A stretch of 64,000 nt of DNA, taken from the NCBI GenBank assembly GCA_016183325.1, contig JACPEV010000013.1, positions 4,837-68,836 on the forward strand, written 5' to 3'. Under the pieces are notes generated by a model. The model was not told where the DNA came from, made no database searches, and was given only the letters and a program-made list of their open reading frames with translations. Shown piece by piece: positions 9,676 to 19,476 of this stretch; within the stretch, counting starts at the first letter, position 1; each line of letters begins with the position of its first letter. The position numbers were made by a program, and so were the translations under genes. The DNA is from Candidatus Curtissbacteria bacterium. Its GTDB lineage: Bacteria; Patescibacteriota; Microgenomatia; Curtissbacterales; GWA2-41-24.

Positions 9676-10764
9676 ATGAATAAGTCAATTGTTAAAAAGA
9701 GGATATTGACAGGAGACAGACCTACCGGCAGATTACATCTTGGGCATTATGTCGGCTCACTTAGGAATCGGGTGAGATTGCAGGATGAGTATGAGTGCTT
9801 CTTTATTATTGCCGATTTGCACACGCTAACAACACGGCCGGGAAGAACCGAAGAATTAAAAGAAAACATCAAACAATTGGTTTTGGATTATCTGTCGGTT
9901 GGGATAGATCCAAAAAAGGCGACGATCTATGTGCAGTCGCAGATACCAGAAGCTGCAGAGCTGGCAGTGATTTTTGGAAATTTGACGACGGTGCCAAGAC
10001 TTGAGCGGGTACCGACTCTTAAGGATGTGATGAGGGATTCCCATATTCAAATTCCGTCGTTCGGACTTTTGGGATATCCGGTTTTGCAGGCTGCCGATAT
10101 TTTGATGGTAAGAGCTAATTTGGTACCGGTTGGCCGCGATCAGGCCTCGCATATTGAGGTAACGAGAGAAATAGCCAGAGAGTTCAACAAGCTCTATGGA
10201 GTTCACATCGGGAAATCCACTCCCGGTGTGAATGAACTACACACCGGGAGTGTAAGCGGGGGAGATGGGCAAGTTTTTCCGATTCCCGAAGCGTTGATTC
10301 CGGAGGATATAGGTACTTTGCCGGGAACGGATGGAAAAGCTAAGATGAGTAAATCTGTCGGCAATGTGATTAATCTTTCGGACGATTCCGAGACGGTCAA
10401 AAAACAGGTGATGGGGATGTACACGGATCCGAAGAGGGTGCACGGGGATGAACCGGGTAACGTAGAGAATAACCCGGTTTTTATATACTTGGATGCATTT
10501 AGTCAAAGTGAAAAGTCAAAGTCGAAAGTAAAAGAACTGAAAGATAGGTACAAAAACGGTACAGTCAAGGATGTCGAGGTAAAAGAGTTTTTGGTGCAAG
10601 TGTTGGAGGAGTTTTTGCAACCACTGAGGGGGAGACGTGAAGAATATGAGAAACAGCCGGAACTCGTAGAAAAAATCTTGAAAGAGGGAACAGAGAGCGC
10701 GCGGGAAGAGGCAAAAAAGACACTTTCGCTTGTTAGAGCTGCAATGAAAATTGAGTACTTCTAA
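9676..10764 (+). CDS. trpS: Tryptophan--tRNA ligase
   Basis: HLGH (HIGH), VPVGRDQ and KMSKS motifs; palindromic insert at 10216-10254. Confidence 0.97.
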   Translation: MNKSIVKKRILTGDRPTGRLHLGHYVGSLRNRVRLQDEYECFFIIADLHTLTTRPGRTEELKENIKQLVLDYLSVGIDPKKATIYVQSQIPEAAELAVIFGNLTTVPRLERVPTLKDVMRDSHIQIPSFGLLGYPVLQAADILMVRANLVPVGRDQASHIEVTREIAREFNKLYGVHIGKSTPGVNELHTGSVSGGDGQVFPIPEALIPEDIGTLPGTDGKAKMSKSVGNVINLSDDSETVKKQVMGMYTDPKRVHGDEPGNVENNPVFIYLDAFSQSEKSKSKVKELKDRYKNGTVKDVEVKEFLVQVLEEFLQPLRGRREEYEKQPELVEKILKEGTESAREEAKKTLSLVRAAMKIEYF

Positions 10765-10813
10765 ACATCTCGCTTTTTATTTTTTCAAGTGATAAAATTA
10801 TTCGGAGTTTAAA

Positions 10814-12751
10814 ATGGCAAAAGTAGAATCGCAAGAGAACGGAAAATTAGCGGGTAGGTCCCCGATACCGCGCGTGCCTTTGCCTAAAATGAACGGTAAA
10901 TCTTCCTGGAGGGGATTTTTGATTTATATTGTTTTGGGATTTATTCTTTTTATTTTCTTCGCGTTTTCTACCAATCCAGAGCAGCGATTTCAAACGGCTG
11001 AACCACTCTCAAAAGTGATTTCTGACATTCGTGACAATAAAGTCGAACAAGTCGAAGTCGATGGGGAGAGAATTTCAGTCAAATTAAAGGATGGTACGGT
11101 TTATGCTTCCAGAAAAGAGGAAAATCAGAGCATGACCGAAATATTGAAAGATGCTGATGTTGATCCAACTTTGGCCCAGATTAACGTTCGTGATCGGACT
11201 TTTTCGCAGGCGTGGATTACAATATTGACCACTTTTTTACCTTTGGTACTAATGGTTCTTTTCTTCTTTTTTATTTTCAGGCAGGCCAGAGAAGGCGCTT
11301 CTTCGGTTTTTGCTTTTGGCCAGTCAAAAGCTAGGCAATTCAGCCGCGATATGCCAAAGGTTACTTTTGCGGATGTGGCCGGAGTTGATGAAGCTAAGCA
11401 AGAGCTACAAGAGGTGGTTGACTTTTTAAGACATCCTGAAAAATATAGAGCAGTTGGTGCAAGAACTCCCAAAGGAGCACTTTTGATTGGGCCAGCTGGT
11501 ACCGGTAAAACACTTTTAGCAAAGGCTGTTGCCGGAGAAGCGGGAGTGCCTTTTTATTCGGTTGCCGGTAGTGAATTTATGGAAATGTTGGTCGGAGTCG
11601 GGGCTGCCAGGGTTCGCGATCTATTTTCCCAAGCAAAAAGAAGTGCCCCGGCAATTATTTTTATTGATGAGATTGAATCAATCGGCAGAATGAGAGGGAT
11701 GGGCTTTTCGGGAGGTCACGACGAGCGCGAGCAGACTCTAAATCAGATTTTGGTTGAAATGGATGGATTTAATCCAAATGATAACGTTCTGGTGATGGCA
11801 GCGACTAACAGACCTGATTTATTGGATCCCGCCCTGACCCGACCTGGCAGGTTTGATAGAAGAGTCACTTTGGATCTTCCTGATATTGAGGGAAGAAAAG
11901 CGATACTTAAAATTCACAAGAAGGGGAAACCGTTTGCGCCGGATGTTGATGACGAGCGGATTGCCAGAAGAACCGTAGGTTTTTCGGGAGCGGATCTTGC
12001 CAATATGTTAAATGAGGCAGCGATTTTGGCGGCAAGAACGGGTAAAAAAGCTATTGATAACTTGGATATTGAGGAGGCTGCCACAAAAGTTAAACTTGGG
12101 CCACAAAGGAGAAGGATGCAATCTGAGGAAGAAAGAAAGATGACGGCATATCATGAAGGAGGGCATGCGCTGGTTGCTCATTTCCTGCCGAATGTTGACC
12201 CGGTTCATAGAATTTCTATTGTTGCTCGAGGCGTGACAGGAGGGCATACATTAGTGCCGCCTACAGTTGACAGGTATACGGAAACTAAGACAAGGTTGAT
12301 GGAAAGAATTGCCACTTTGCTTGGGGGAAGATCTGCTGAGGAGCTGATTTTTAATGAGTTTACAACCGGTGCAGCTTCTGATCTGGAAATTGCATCAGGT
12401 CTGGCCCGGGATATGGTGACTGAGTTTGGCATGAGCGATCTAGGGCCTACCATATTTTCTCCGAGGCCTCAGTTTGGAATCTGGCCGGTGATGGAAGGGG
12501 GAAGTCAAGTGTCACCGGAGCTGGCTGCCAAAATTGATAAAGAGATTTCTAAGTTAATTGATGCGGGGCATAAAAAGGCAAGAGAGTTGTTGCAAAAACA
12601 TAAGGCGAAACTTGATCTTGTCGCAGAGACTCTTCTTGTGAAGGAGACTTTGGATCGAGATGAGTTTGAGAAGCTGGTCGGTAAGCCAGTTTCTACAAAT
12701 GGGGAGATTAAAATTAAGAGCTCTACTTCTGCCAAATCCGTCCAGGCATGA
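10814..12751 (+). CDS. ftsH: ATP-dependent zinc metalloprotease FtsH
   Basis: Two TM helices, GPAGTGKT Walker A, HEGGH zinc motif. Confidence 0.97.
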   Translation: MAKVESQENGKLAGRSPIPRVPLPKMNGKSSWRGFLIYIVLGFILFIFFAFSTNPEQRFQTAEPLSKVISDIRDNKVEQVEVDGERISVKLKDGTVYASRKEENQSMTEILKDADVDPTLAQINVRDRTFSQAWITILTTFLPLVLMVLFFFFIFRQAREGASSVFAFGQSKARQFSRDMPKVTFADVAGVDEAKQELQEVVDFLRHPEKYRAVGARTPKGALLIGPAGTGKTLLAKAVAGEAGVPFYSVAGSEFMEMLVGVGAARVRDLFSQAKRSAPAIIFIDEIESIGRMRGMGFSGGHDEREQTLNQILVEMDGFNPNDNVLVMAATNRPDLLDPALTRPGRFDRRVTLDLPDIEGRKAILKIHKKGKPFAPDVDDERIARRTVGFSGADLANMLNEAAILAARTGKKAIDNLDIEEAATKVKLGPQRRRMQSEEERKMTAYHEGGHALVAHFLPNVDPVHRISIVARGVTGGHTLVPPTVDRYTETKTRLMERIATLLGGRSAEELIFNEFTTGAASDLEIASGLARDMVTEFGMSDLGPTIFSPRPQFGIWPVMEGGSQVSPELAAKIDKEISKLIDAGHKKARELLQKHKAKLDLVAETLLVKETLDRDEFEKLVGKPVSTNGEIKIKSSTSAKSVQA

Positions 12752-12956
12752 AATACCCCATTCTTGCGAATGGGGGCCCCAAGAAAGATAATATCTCCTG
12801 TATATATTGTTCGAGCTTGCTCGCCTCGCTGCGAAGCGGGTCGAGAACTTACTTTTAAATCTTGGATAAATCAGATCCTGAAACCCATTCGGGTCGATAA
12901 AATCAGACGAGTTCAGGATGACGAAGAAGAAGGATGTATACTCGGAGATTAATAAT

Positions 12957-14024
12957 ATGGCTAAAAAGCTGCTTCTAATCGACGGGAATTCACTATTTCA
13001 TCGGGCATATCATGCACTGCCGCCGCTGACGGATAAAAACGGGGAGATGGCCAATGCGGTGTTTGGATTTTCTAATATGTTGCTTAAGGCAATTTCTGAA
13101 GTCAAACCGGATTATATTGCTTGTGCATTTGACACAAAAGCTCCGACTTTTCGCCACATTGAATTTGAGAAATATAAAGCTCAAAGAGTTGCGCCGCCGC
13201 CGGATCTTTATCCGCAACTGCCGAAAGTGAAAAAAGTTTTGGATGCGTTTGGAATTGCTTATTTTGAAAAAGAGGGCTATGAAGCAGATGATTTGTTGGC
13301 AACACTGGCAACTAGAGCCTTGGAATCTGTCATCCTGGAGGGAGTGAAACGACCGATAGGATCTAATGAAAAAAAGAGTAGAGATTCTATCGCTTCGCTC
13401 CAGAATGACAAAAGTGTAGATCAAGTAATTATTCTTTCTGGTGATAGAGACTGTCTGCAATTAGTTGACGGTAGAGTCAAAGTTCAGATGCCGGGATGGA
13501 ATTTGCAGGGGACTACATTATATGGATCGGAGGAGGTTCGGGAAAAATATGGACTCGAACCTCATCAGATGGTGGATTACAAGTCGCTCGTCGGAGATCC
13601 TTCGGATAATGTGCCGGGAGTCAGTGGAATAGGGCCAAAAACTGCAAGTCAACTTTTACAAAAATATCACACCCTGGAAAATCTTTTTAAAAACCTTAAC
13701 AAGATTCCTGAGGCTTTACGTCAAAAACTAGAAGTCGGCCACAAGACAGCCCTTGCTGCTAAGAAGTTGGTGGAACTGGACCGAAACATCGATTTACGAT
13801 TTACGATTAACGATTTACGATTTGAACCGGATTGGGAGAAGGTTCGGCGGGAATACGAACGATTAGGCTTTAAAAGCATAGTCGCGAAGATCCTTGGATC
13901 AGCTAACACCTCCGAGGTGGGTTTACCCCGAGCGGAGTCGAGGGGCTTTGACTCATCGGAGGTGGGTCAAGCCGCGAAGCGAAAACCCAAATCCAATAAC
14001 TCTGATCAGCTTGAGTTAATCTGA
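12957..14024 (+). CDS. 5'-3' exonuclease (stand-alone PolA N-terminal/FEN domain)
   Basis: LLLIDGNSLFHRAYHA, EADD and GDPSDNVPGVSGIGPKTA; no polymerase domain. Confidence 0.92.
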   Translation: MAKKLLLIDGNSLFHRAYHALPPLTDKNGEMANAVFGFSNMLLKAISEVKPDYIACAFDTKAPTFRHIEFEKYKAQRVAPPPDLYPQLPKVKKVLDAFGIAYFEKEGYEADDLLATLATRALESVILEGVKRPIGSNEKKSRDSIASLQNDKSVDQVIILSGDRDCLQLVDGRVKVQMPGWNLQGTTLYGSEEVREKYGLEPHQMVDYKSLVGDPSDNVPGVSGIGPKTASQLLQKYHTLENLFKNLNKIPEALRQKLEVGHKTALAAKKLVELDRNIDLRFTINDLRFEPDWEKVRREYERLGFKSIVAKILGSANTSEVGLPRAESRGFDSSEVGQAAKRKPKSNNSDQLELI

Positions 14025-14700
14025 TGGCAATTAAAGCTGTCATTTTGATTTTGATGGGCTTTTGGTCAATACCCAGGAGTTAATAGATCTTTCTTATAAA
14101 GAGATTTTGGCAAGAAAGGGAGCCAGTATTACTCAGGAAGGTTTGGTAAATATGTTTGGAAGACCAGGTTTAGTAAACGCTCGCTATATTGTCGAAAAAT
14201 ATGGCCTAAATGATAAGCCTGAGGAGTTTTTGGAGGAAAGAAGAAAAATTGCTTTGGATTTATTCGATCAGAAGATGGAGCTTATGGAAGGAGTAGTTGA
14301 ACTTCTAGAAAATACCAGAAGGTGGGGAATCAAGTGTGCGATCGCAAGCAGCGGTTGGCGGGAGATTGTAATGGATACTCTTCAAAAATATGATATTACA
14401 CAATATTTTGATGAAGTGATTACTGCGGAAGATCTAAAGACCAGTGAAGGAAAGCCAGACCCAGAGGTATTTTTGATAACTGCAGAAAAGCTAGGAGTTA
14501 AACCGGAAGCCTGCTTGGTTCTCGAGGACGCACCTAATGGTATTGTAGCCGCAAAAGCAGCGGGAATGAGGTCGATTTTCGTGCCGAGTGTTGAATATAT
14601 AGCTCTTGATCAAGTGCCGGCTGATTTAGTTTTAAGGACATTGAGAGAGCTGAATAGTGAGGTGTTAAATGCGCTCGGTAAAGAAAGGTCACGCAATTGA
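14024..14700 (+). pseudogene. HAD-family phosphatase with a 1-nt frameshift in motif I (real or sequencing error)
   Basis: MAIKAVI is in one frame and FDFDGLLVNT in another, across the T run at 14043-14046; GKPDPEVF and EDAPNG motifs intact. Confidence 0.8.
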
Positions 14701-14739
14701 AGCAAAAGTTTAAAAGAGCCTGCTATATGAGGAAATTTT

Positions 14740-15201
14740 TCAAGAAGACCTAGTTTTTAAGCTGCCAAGTAAGATGATATGTTTGTCTTTTTTAAACTGC
14801 CCAAAATATTTTTTGTCGGCAGTAATAAATAAAGAATCGGTAAAATAGGCAAGCAAGTGGTAAGAAGCATCGTAAAAACTAACATAATGAAGTTTGGCAA
14901 ATTTGCCAATGGTGACATTCTCGGTTTTGCTAAAAGAATATATCTCAAACGGTTGAGATAAAAGAAAAGCAAATTTTTCTTCAAAAAGCCCGGTGGAGAG
15001 TTTTCTAACTAGGGTATTGCCGACTTCGTAGTTCCAGAACGAGGGCAGAGTGATAGTTAGTTTTTGATTGGCGAATCGTTCGAACAGTAAAAGAGCTTCT
15101 CTAACATTCTCTTCATTTTTTTCGGGGAGGACAATTTTGACAAGGATTGAGGCGTCAAGAACTGCAGATTTTAATGGCTTTGCCGATCTTCCCTTATCCA
15201 T
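14740..15201 (-). CDS. PIN domain (VapC-like) toxin
   Basis: VLDASILVK, YEVGN, SFYDASY and ITAD motifs. Confidence 0.88.
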   Translation of the reverse strand: MDKGRSAKPLKSAVLDASILVKIVLPEKNEENVREALLLFERFANQKLTITLPSFWNYEVGNTLVRKLSTGLFEEKFAFLLSQPFEIYSFSKTENVTIGKFAKLHYVSFYDASYHLLAYFTDSLFITADKKYFGQFKKDKHIILLGSLKTRSS

Positions 15202-15413
15202 TGGACAACTTCTTCAAGACTAACCTTGGGGCCTTTTTTGCGAATTCGCAAGAGTTCTTTGTACATGTCTTTGTGACTCAATTGACTTAATCTTTCCTCG
15301 ATAGCTTCGGTAACGACCTTGCTTCTTTGCCCACGAGGGATAGCTCGGCGAAGCTTTTTGGCAGTTTCTTTTGGGATTAAGATGTTGATTCTTTCATACG
15401 TTTGTGTCTGCAT
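15171..15413 (-). CDS. Ribbon-helix-helix antitoxin
   Basis: RINILIPKE...RSKVVTEAI; overlaps the PIN gene start. Confidence 0.75.
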   Translation of the reverse strand: MQTQTYERINILIPKETAKKLRRAIPRGQRSKVVTEAIEERLSQLSHKDMYKELLRIRKKGPKVSLEEVVQWIREDRQSH

Positions 15414-15471
15414 GATATGATTTATCTTACACAATAGATTACACACTGTCAATCAGTCAGAATAAACTAGC

Positions 15472-16782
15472 ATGAAAATCGCCCTCGTCCATGACTACTT
15501 AAACGAATTTGGTGGGGCAGAACGGGTTCTTTTGGCGCTGTCGGAGATTTGGCCCAAGGCGCCGATTTATACGGCGTTTTATAAAAAGGGATCGACGGCA
15601 TACGAGCGATTTGCCGATAAAAAAATAATTGCTTCTTGGGCCCAAAATGTGCCCTTTTTTGCCGACTACTTGCACAGTCCCTTGAGATTTTTAGCTCCTT
15701 TGATTTGGGGCAGTTTTGATTTTTCGGGATTTGATGTGGTCATTACGTCGGCCAGTTGGTATGTGACGAAAGGCGTGATCAGGTCATCAGGTCATCAGGT
15801 AATCAGGACATCGGGAAAAAAGGGGAAAAATCCCGACAACCCGACAACCCGACAACCCGACAACCCGATTGAGGTTTGTTATTGTCACACGCCACCGAGA
15901 TATTTGTATGGCTATACAACCTCGGTTGATTGGCAGAAATATTGGCCGGTGAGGTTGTATGCACTGATAGTGAATCATTTCATGCGGGTTTATGATTTTG
16001 AAGCAGCGCAGAGGGTCGATCATTTTATTGCTAATTCGAAGGAAGTCGCAGGAAGGATTAAGAAGTTTTACAGACGTGATTCGACGGTAATTTATCCGCC
16101 GGTAGATTTACCATGTTCATCGTTAATTGTTAATAGTTCATCGGAAAAAAGAGCGATGAACGATAGGCAAAGCCTGCGGTCCTCGTCGAGTCAAGACTCG
16201 ACTCCGGGCCTAAAACGATCTACGATTAACGATTACTTCCTTGTTGTTTCCAGAATCGTCGGCGGTAAAGGTTTAAATTTAGCTGTTGAGGTGGCGATGA
16301 AAATGAACTTGAAGTTGAAAGTGGTGGGGAGTTCGGCGGGGTATGGAAGGGAATATCAAAAATTGAGAGAGATAGCCCGCCTCAGCTCGGCGAGGCAAAC
16401 TGGTCCAAATGTGGAGTTTTTGGGGTTTGTCGAAGATAGTGAGCTTGCCGAACTATACTGCGGAGCACGAGCTTTTTTGGCTTTGGCGCAGGATGAGGAT
16501 TTTGGAATAACGCCTGTTGAGGCGATGCTTTGCGGCACACCGGTGATTGCGTTTGATGGGGGGGGATATAGGGAAACGGTCATCCAGCGAAAAACCGGGC
16601 TGTTCTTTGATCCGGCGACAGCGGGTTCTTTAACTTTGGCAATTAATAATTTTTTAGATATGGAGAAAAAGGGGGAGTGGGACCGTGATTTTATCAAAGA
16701 ACACGCGCAGAAGTTTAATAAAGACAGGTTTAAGAAGGAAATAATCAAATTTGTACAGCATAAGATACGGATGGGAGAGTGA
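15472..16782 (+). CDS. Glycosyltransferase family 4
   Basis: HDYLNEFGGAERV and EDFGITPVEAM; several repeat-derived inserts. Confidence 0.93.
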   Translation: MKIALVHDYLNEFGGAERVLLALSEIWPKAPIYTAFYKKGSTAYERFADKKIIASWAQNVPFFADYLHSPLRFLAPLIWGSFDFSGFDVVITSASWYVTKGVIRSSGHQVIRTSGKKGKNPDNPTTRQPDNPIEVCYCHTPPRYLYGYTTSVDWQKYWPVRLYALIVNHFMRVYDFEAAQRVDHFIANSKEVAGRIKKFYRRDSTVIYPPVDLPCSSLIVNSSSEKRAMNDRQSLRSSSSQDSTPGLKRSTINDYFLVVSRIVGGKGLNLAVEVAMKMNLKLKVVGSSAGYGREYQKLREIARLSSARQTGPNVEFLGFVEDSELAELYCGARAFLALAQDEDFGITPVEAMLCGTPVIAFDGGGYRETVIQRKTGLFFDPATAGSLTLAINNFLDMEKKGEWDRDFIKEHAQKFNKDRFKKEIIKFVQHKIRMGE

Positions 16783-16895
16783 TCACTGAAGGCACAGAAT
16801 ATGATCACAGAGGGCACAGAGGTCTCTGTGCTTTCTTATAGTTCAGTGACTTCTGTGATCAGGGAAGTATGCGATCGCAGAGGGCACTGAATTTT

Positions 16896-17279
16896 ATGAA
16901 GGCACAGAATTACAATTACAAACATAGTAATTTAACCGGTAAAATAATTGAGCTGGCAATTAAAGTTCATAAAAATTTGGGTTCAGCATACGAGGAGAAG
17001 CTTTATCAACGAGCGCTTTATTTGGAGCTTCAAAGATCAGGCCTAAGGTTTGAAAGGGAAAAGGAAATCAGTATTAATTATGGTAACGTTAGAATTGGCA
17101 AAAAGAAGTTAGATTTTGTTGTAGACGGCAAGATAGTTGTTGAATTGAAGAAGATAGATGCTATTGATAAAGTTCACGTCGCACAGGTAGTGTCATACTT
17201 GAAAACTTTAGGACTTAGCGTTGGTCTAATTTTGAATTTTGGCAATAGCAAACTTGAAATAAAAAGAGTAGTAGTTTGA
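16896..17279 (+). CDS. GxxExxY protein (PD-(D/E)XK-like)
   Basis: LGSAYEEKLY, DFVVDGKIVVELK, QVVSYL, GLILNF. Confidence 0.9.
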   Translation: MKAQNYNYKHSNLTGKIIELAIKVHKNLGSAYEEKLYQRALYLELQRSGLRFEREKEISINYGNVRIGKKKLDFVVDGKIVVELKKIDAIDKVHVAQVVSYLKTLGLSVGLILNFGNSKLEIKRVVV

Positions 17280-17306
17280 TATAACTTATATGTTATATTG
17301 TTGAAT

Positions 17307-17579
17307 ATGACTGACTGGAAAAACCTTCGAAAAGAATTGTTAAAAGATCCTGAATTTAAAGTTGAATATGAGAAGATGCAGCCTAAGTTCGAAGCAGTTG
17401 CTGCAATAATTGAGGCTAGGATTAAGAAGGGTTTGACTCAAGAGGCACTAGCGAGAAAAATTAGAACTAAGCAATCAGCTATTGCTCGGATCGAGAGTGG
17501 GAATGCGAATCCATCGGTTGAGTTTTTGCAAAAATTGGCGGAGGCACTAGGAAAGAAGTTGGTAATTCAATTTAAATGA
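17307..17579 (+). CDS. XRE-family HTH protein (HigA-like, no adjacent toxin)
   Basis: GLTQEALARKIRTKQSAIARIESG; paralog of 53868-54170. Confidence 0.88.
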   Translation: MTDWKNLRKELLKDPEFKVEYEKMQPKFEAVAAIIEARIKKGLTQEALARKIRTKQSAIARIESGNANPSVEFLQKLAEALGKKLVIQFK

Positions 17580-17663
17580 TGAAAATCGAATTTTGGTTCA
17601 AAACCTTCCTGTCATGGCAGTGAGATTGTTGCATGTCCAGCGGTGTAGTGATTAAATGCATGT

Positions 17664-18545
17664 ATGGCAGATTCATCAGTGGAAAGTTCTGAAGGCGAAA
17701 AGTCTGGTAGATTACTAATAGAAGTAGCATCTCATGTAGCTGCAAGCCCTGATCACCCGGAATATACGGCTGATAGAGCCTACACAAGCGAAATTGCAGG
17801 GGGAAGAAGTGGGGTTATCGCTATTATGGATGGGGTCGGTTCGGGGGGGGCTCAATCTGCAAAAGCTGCAGAGTTTGTTCAGAGTCAAATCCGCAAAGAA
17901 TCGCCTTTTATAATTAAGATGCCTACTATTAATCAAGCAGCTGCAACACTGAAAAAAGCCATTTTTGCTGCAAGAGACGAAATACAAGCTCTTCAACAAG
18001 CTAGAGGTAATGAAAATATAGACACAACTGTTTCAGCTGCAATTCTTTGTGAAAGCCCAGATAGACAGAGACGATTTATGGTGATTGCAAATGTTGGCGA
18101 TAGCAGAATATATAAATATTCTCCCTCGACAGGCACGCTTGAGCAAATTACAAAAGATGACTCTTTGGTTCAAGGATTGGTTGATCAGGGACAAATTACT
18201 CCAGAAGAAGCTTTTAGTCATCCGAGACGTAACATTGTCACAAAAACAGTGGGTTCACTTTCAGATCCTAATGATGTAGGCATTGGTGTTTTTCAAGTAA
18301 AAGATGGAGATATATTCATAGCCGTTTCAGATGGCATTTCTGATAATATCACCCCCCACGGTTTACCTTTTGCCGTAAGAAATGAATTTGCAGCTTCTTA
18401 TGATTCGATTAAAAAACAAGCTGATTTGAAAAAATTCGCACAGCGTATTATCCAAAGAGCGGAGAATATCATGAGCAGTAGCTCGGCTTCTCAGGCCAAG
18501 CATGACGATGCTTCTGTCGCAGTATTAAGAACAAGAAGAGTATAA
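17664..18545 (+). CDS. PP2C-family Ser/Thr phosphatase
   Basis: DGVG, NVGDSRIY, SDGISD and HDDAS motifs. Confidence 0.9.
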   Translation: MADSSVESSEGEKSGRLLIEVASHVAASPDHPEYTADRAYTSEIAGGRSGVIAIMDGVGSGGAQSAKAAEFVQSQIRKESPFIIKMPTINQAAATLKKAIFAARDEIQALQQARGNENIDTTVSAAILCESPDRQRRFMVIANVGDSRIYKYSPSTGTLEQITKDDSLVQGLVDQGQITPEEAFSHPRRNIVTKTVGSLSDPNDVGIGVFQVKDGDIFIAVSDGISDNITPHGLPFAVRNEFAASYDSIKKQADLKKFAQRIIQRAENIMSSSSASQAKHDDASVAVLRTRRV

Positions 18546-18579
18546 TTCATCACTTACTTATAAATCACTTCTGCGATAT

Positions 18580-19476
18580 ATGCCAGAACTTCCCGAGGTA
18601 ACCGTAATCACAAATAGTCTTAATAAGAAGATTAGAGGGTTAGTTATGAGAGGTATCGAATATGACTGGCCGAAGAAGTTTTACTGGGCCGCCGGCCCCA
18701 GAGGGCCTCTGGCCCGGAGGGGAATGGTTTATGTTCTTAATGATCTTTCGGGAATGAAAGTTGAAAGGGTTGATCGAGTCGGGAAAGTAATAATAATTGC
18801 TTTGGAGAAAGGAATTTCAATTCTCATCCATCTTAAACTTACCGGGCAGTTGATATATCAGGACAAAAAAACCAGAATTGCGGGTGGGCATCCGATTCCG
18901 CCTTTGAATTTGCCGGTTCCCAATAAGACCACGAGAGTCACTTTTGGATTCACTAACGGTGGACATTTGTATTTCAATGACATGCGAAAATTTGGTTGGG
19001 TAAAGATAATTGAAAATGGAAAATTGAAAATGGAAAATTTTCTTGGGAAATTAGGGCCGGACCCTTTAGTTATGAGTTATGAGCAGTTTAGAGATAGGCT
19101 TAGTAAGAAGAAAGGTCGTATAAAGAAAACCTTGATGGATCAGACTTTTATTTCCGGAGTAGGGAATATTTATTCGGATGAAGCTTTGTGGCTGGCAAAG
19201 ATTCATCCGGCCAGATCTGTTGAGAGTTTGGCAAAGACCGAGATAAAAGCTCTTTTTGATGGACTTCGAGAAAGTCTTAAGTTGGCGATAGAAAAGGGCG
19301 GATCGAGCGCAAATTCGTTTGTGGACAGCGGTGGGGAGCGGGGTTTATTTCTTTCTTTTGCCAAAGCCTATCATATGACGGGAAGACCTTGTGCACGCTG
19401 CAAAACACCAATCGTCAGAAAAAAAATGGACGGAAGAAGTGCGCATTTTTGTCCTTCTTGCCAAAAGCTTCTATGA
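18580..19476 (+). CDS. mutM: Formamidopyrimidine-DNA glycosylase
   Basis: MPELPEV, GVGNIYSDE and C-terminal zinc finger. Confidence 0.96.
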   Translation: MPELPEVTVITNSLNKKIRGLVMRGIEYDWPKKFYWAAGPRGPLARRGMVYVLNDLSGMKVERVDRVGKVIIIALEKGISILIHLKLTGQLIYQDKKTRIAGGHPIPPLNLPVPNKTTRVTFGFTNGGHLYFNDMRKFGWVKIIENGKLKMENFLGKLGPDPLVMSYEQFRDRLSKKKGRIKKTLMDQTFISGVGNIYSDEALWLAKIHPARSVESLAKTEIKALFDGLRESLKLAIEKGGSSANSFVDSGGERGLFLSFAKAYHMTGRPCARCKTPIVRKKMDGRSAHFCPSCQKLL

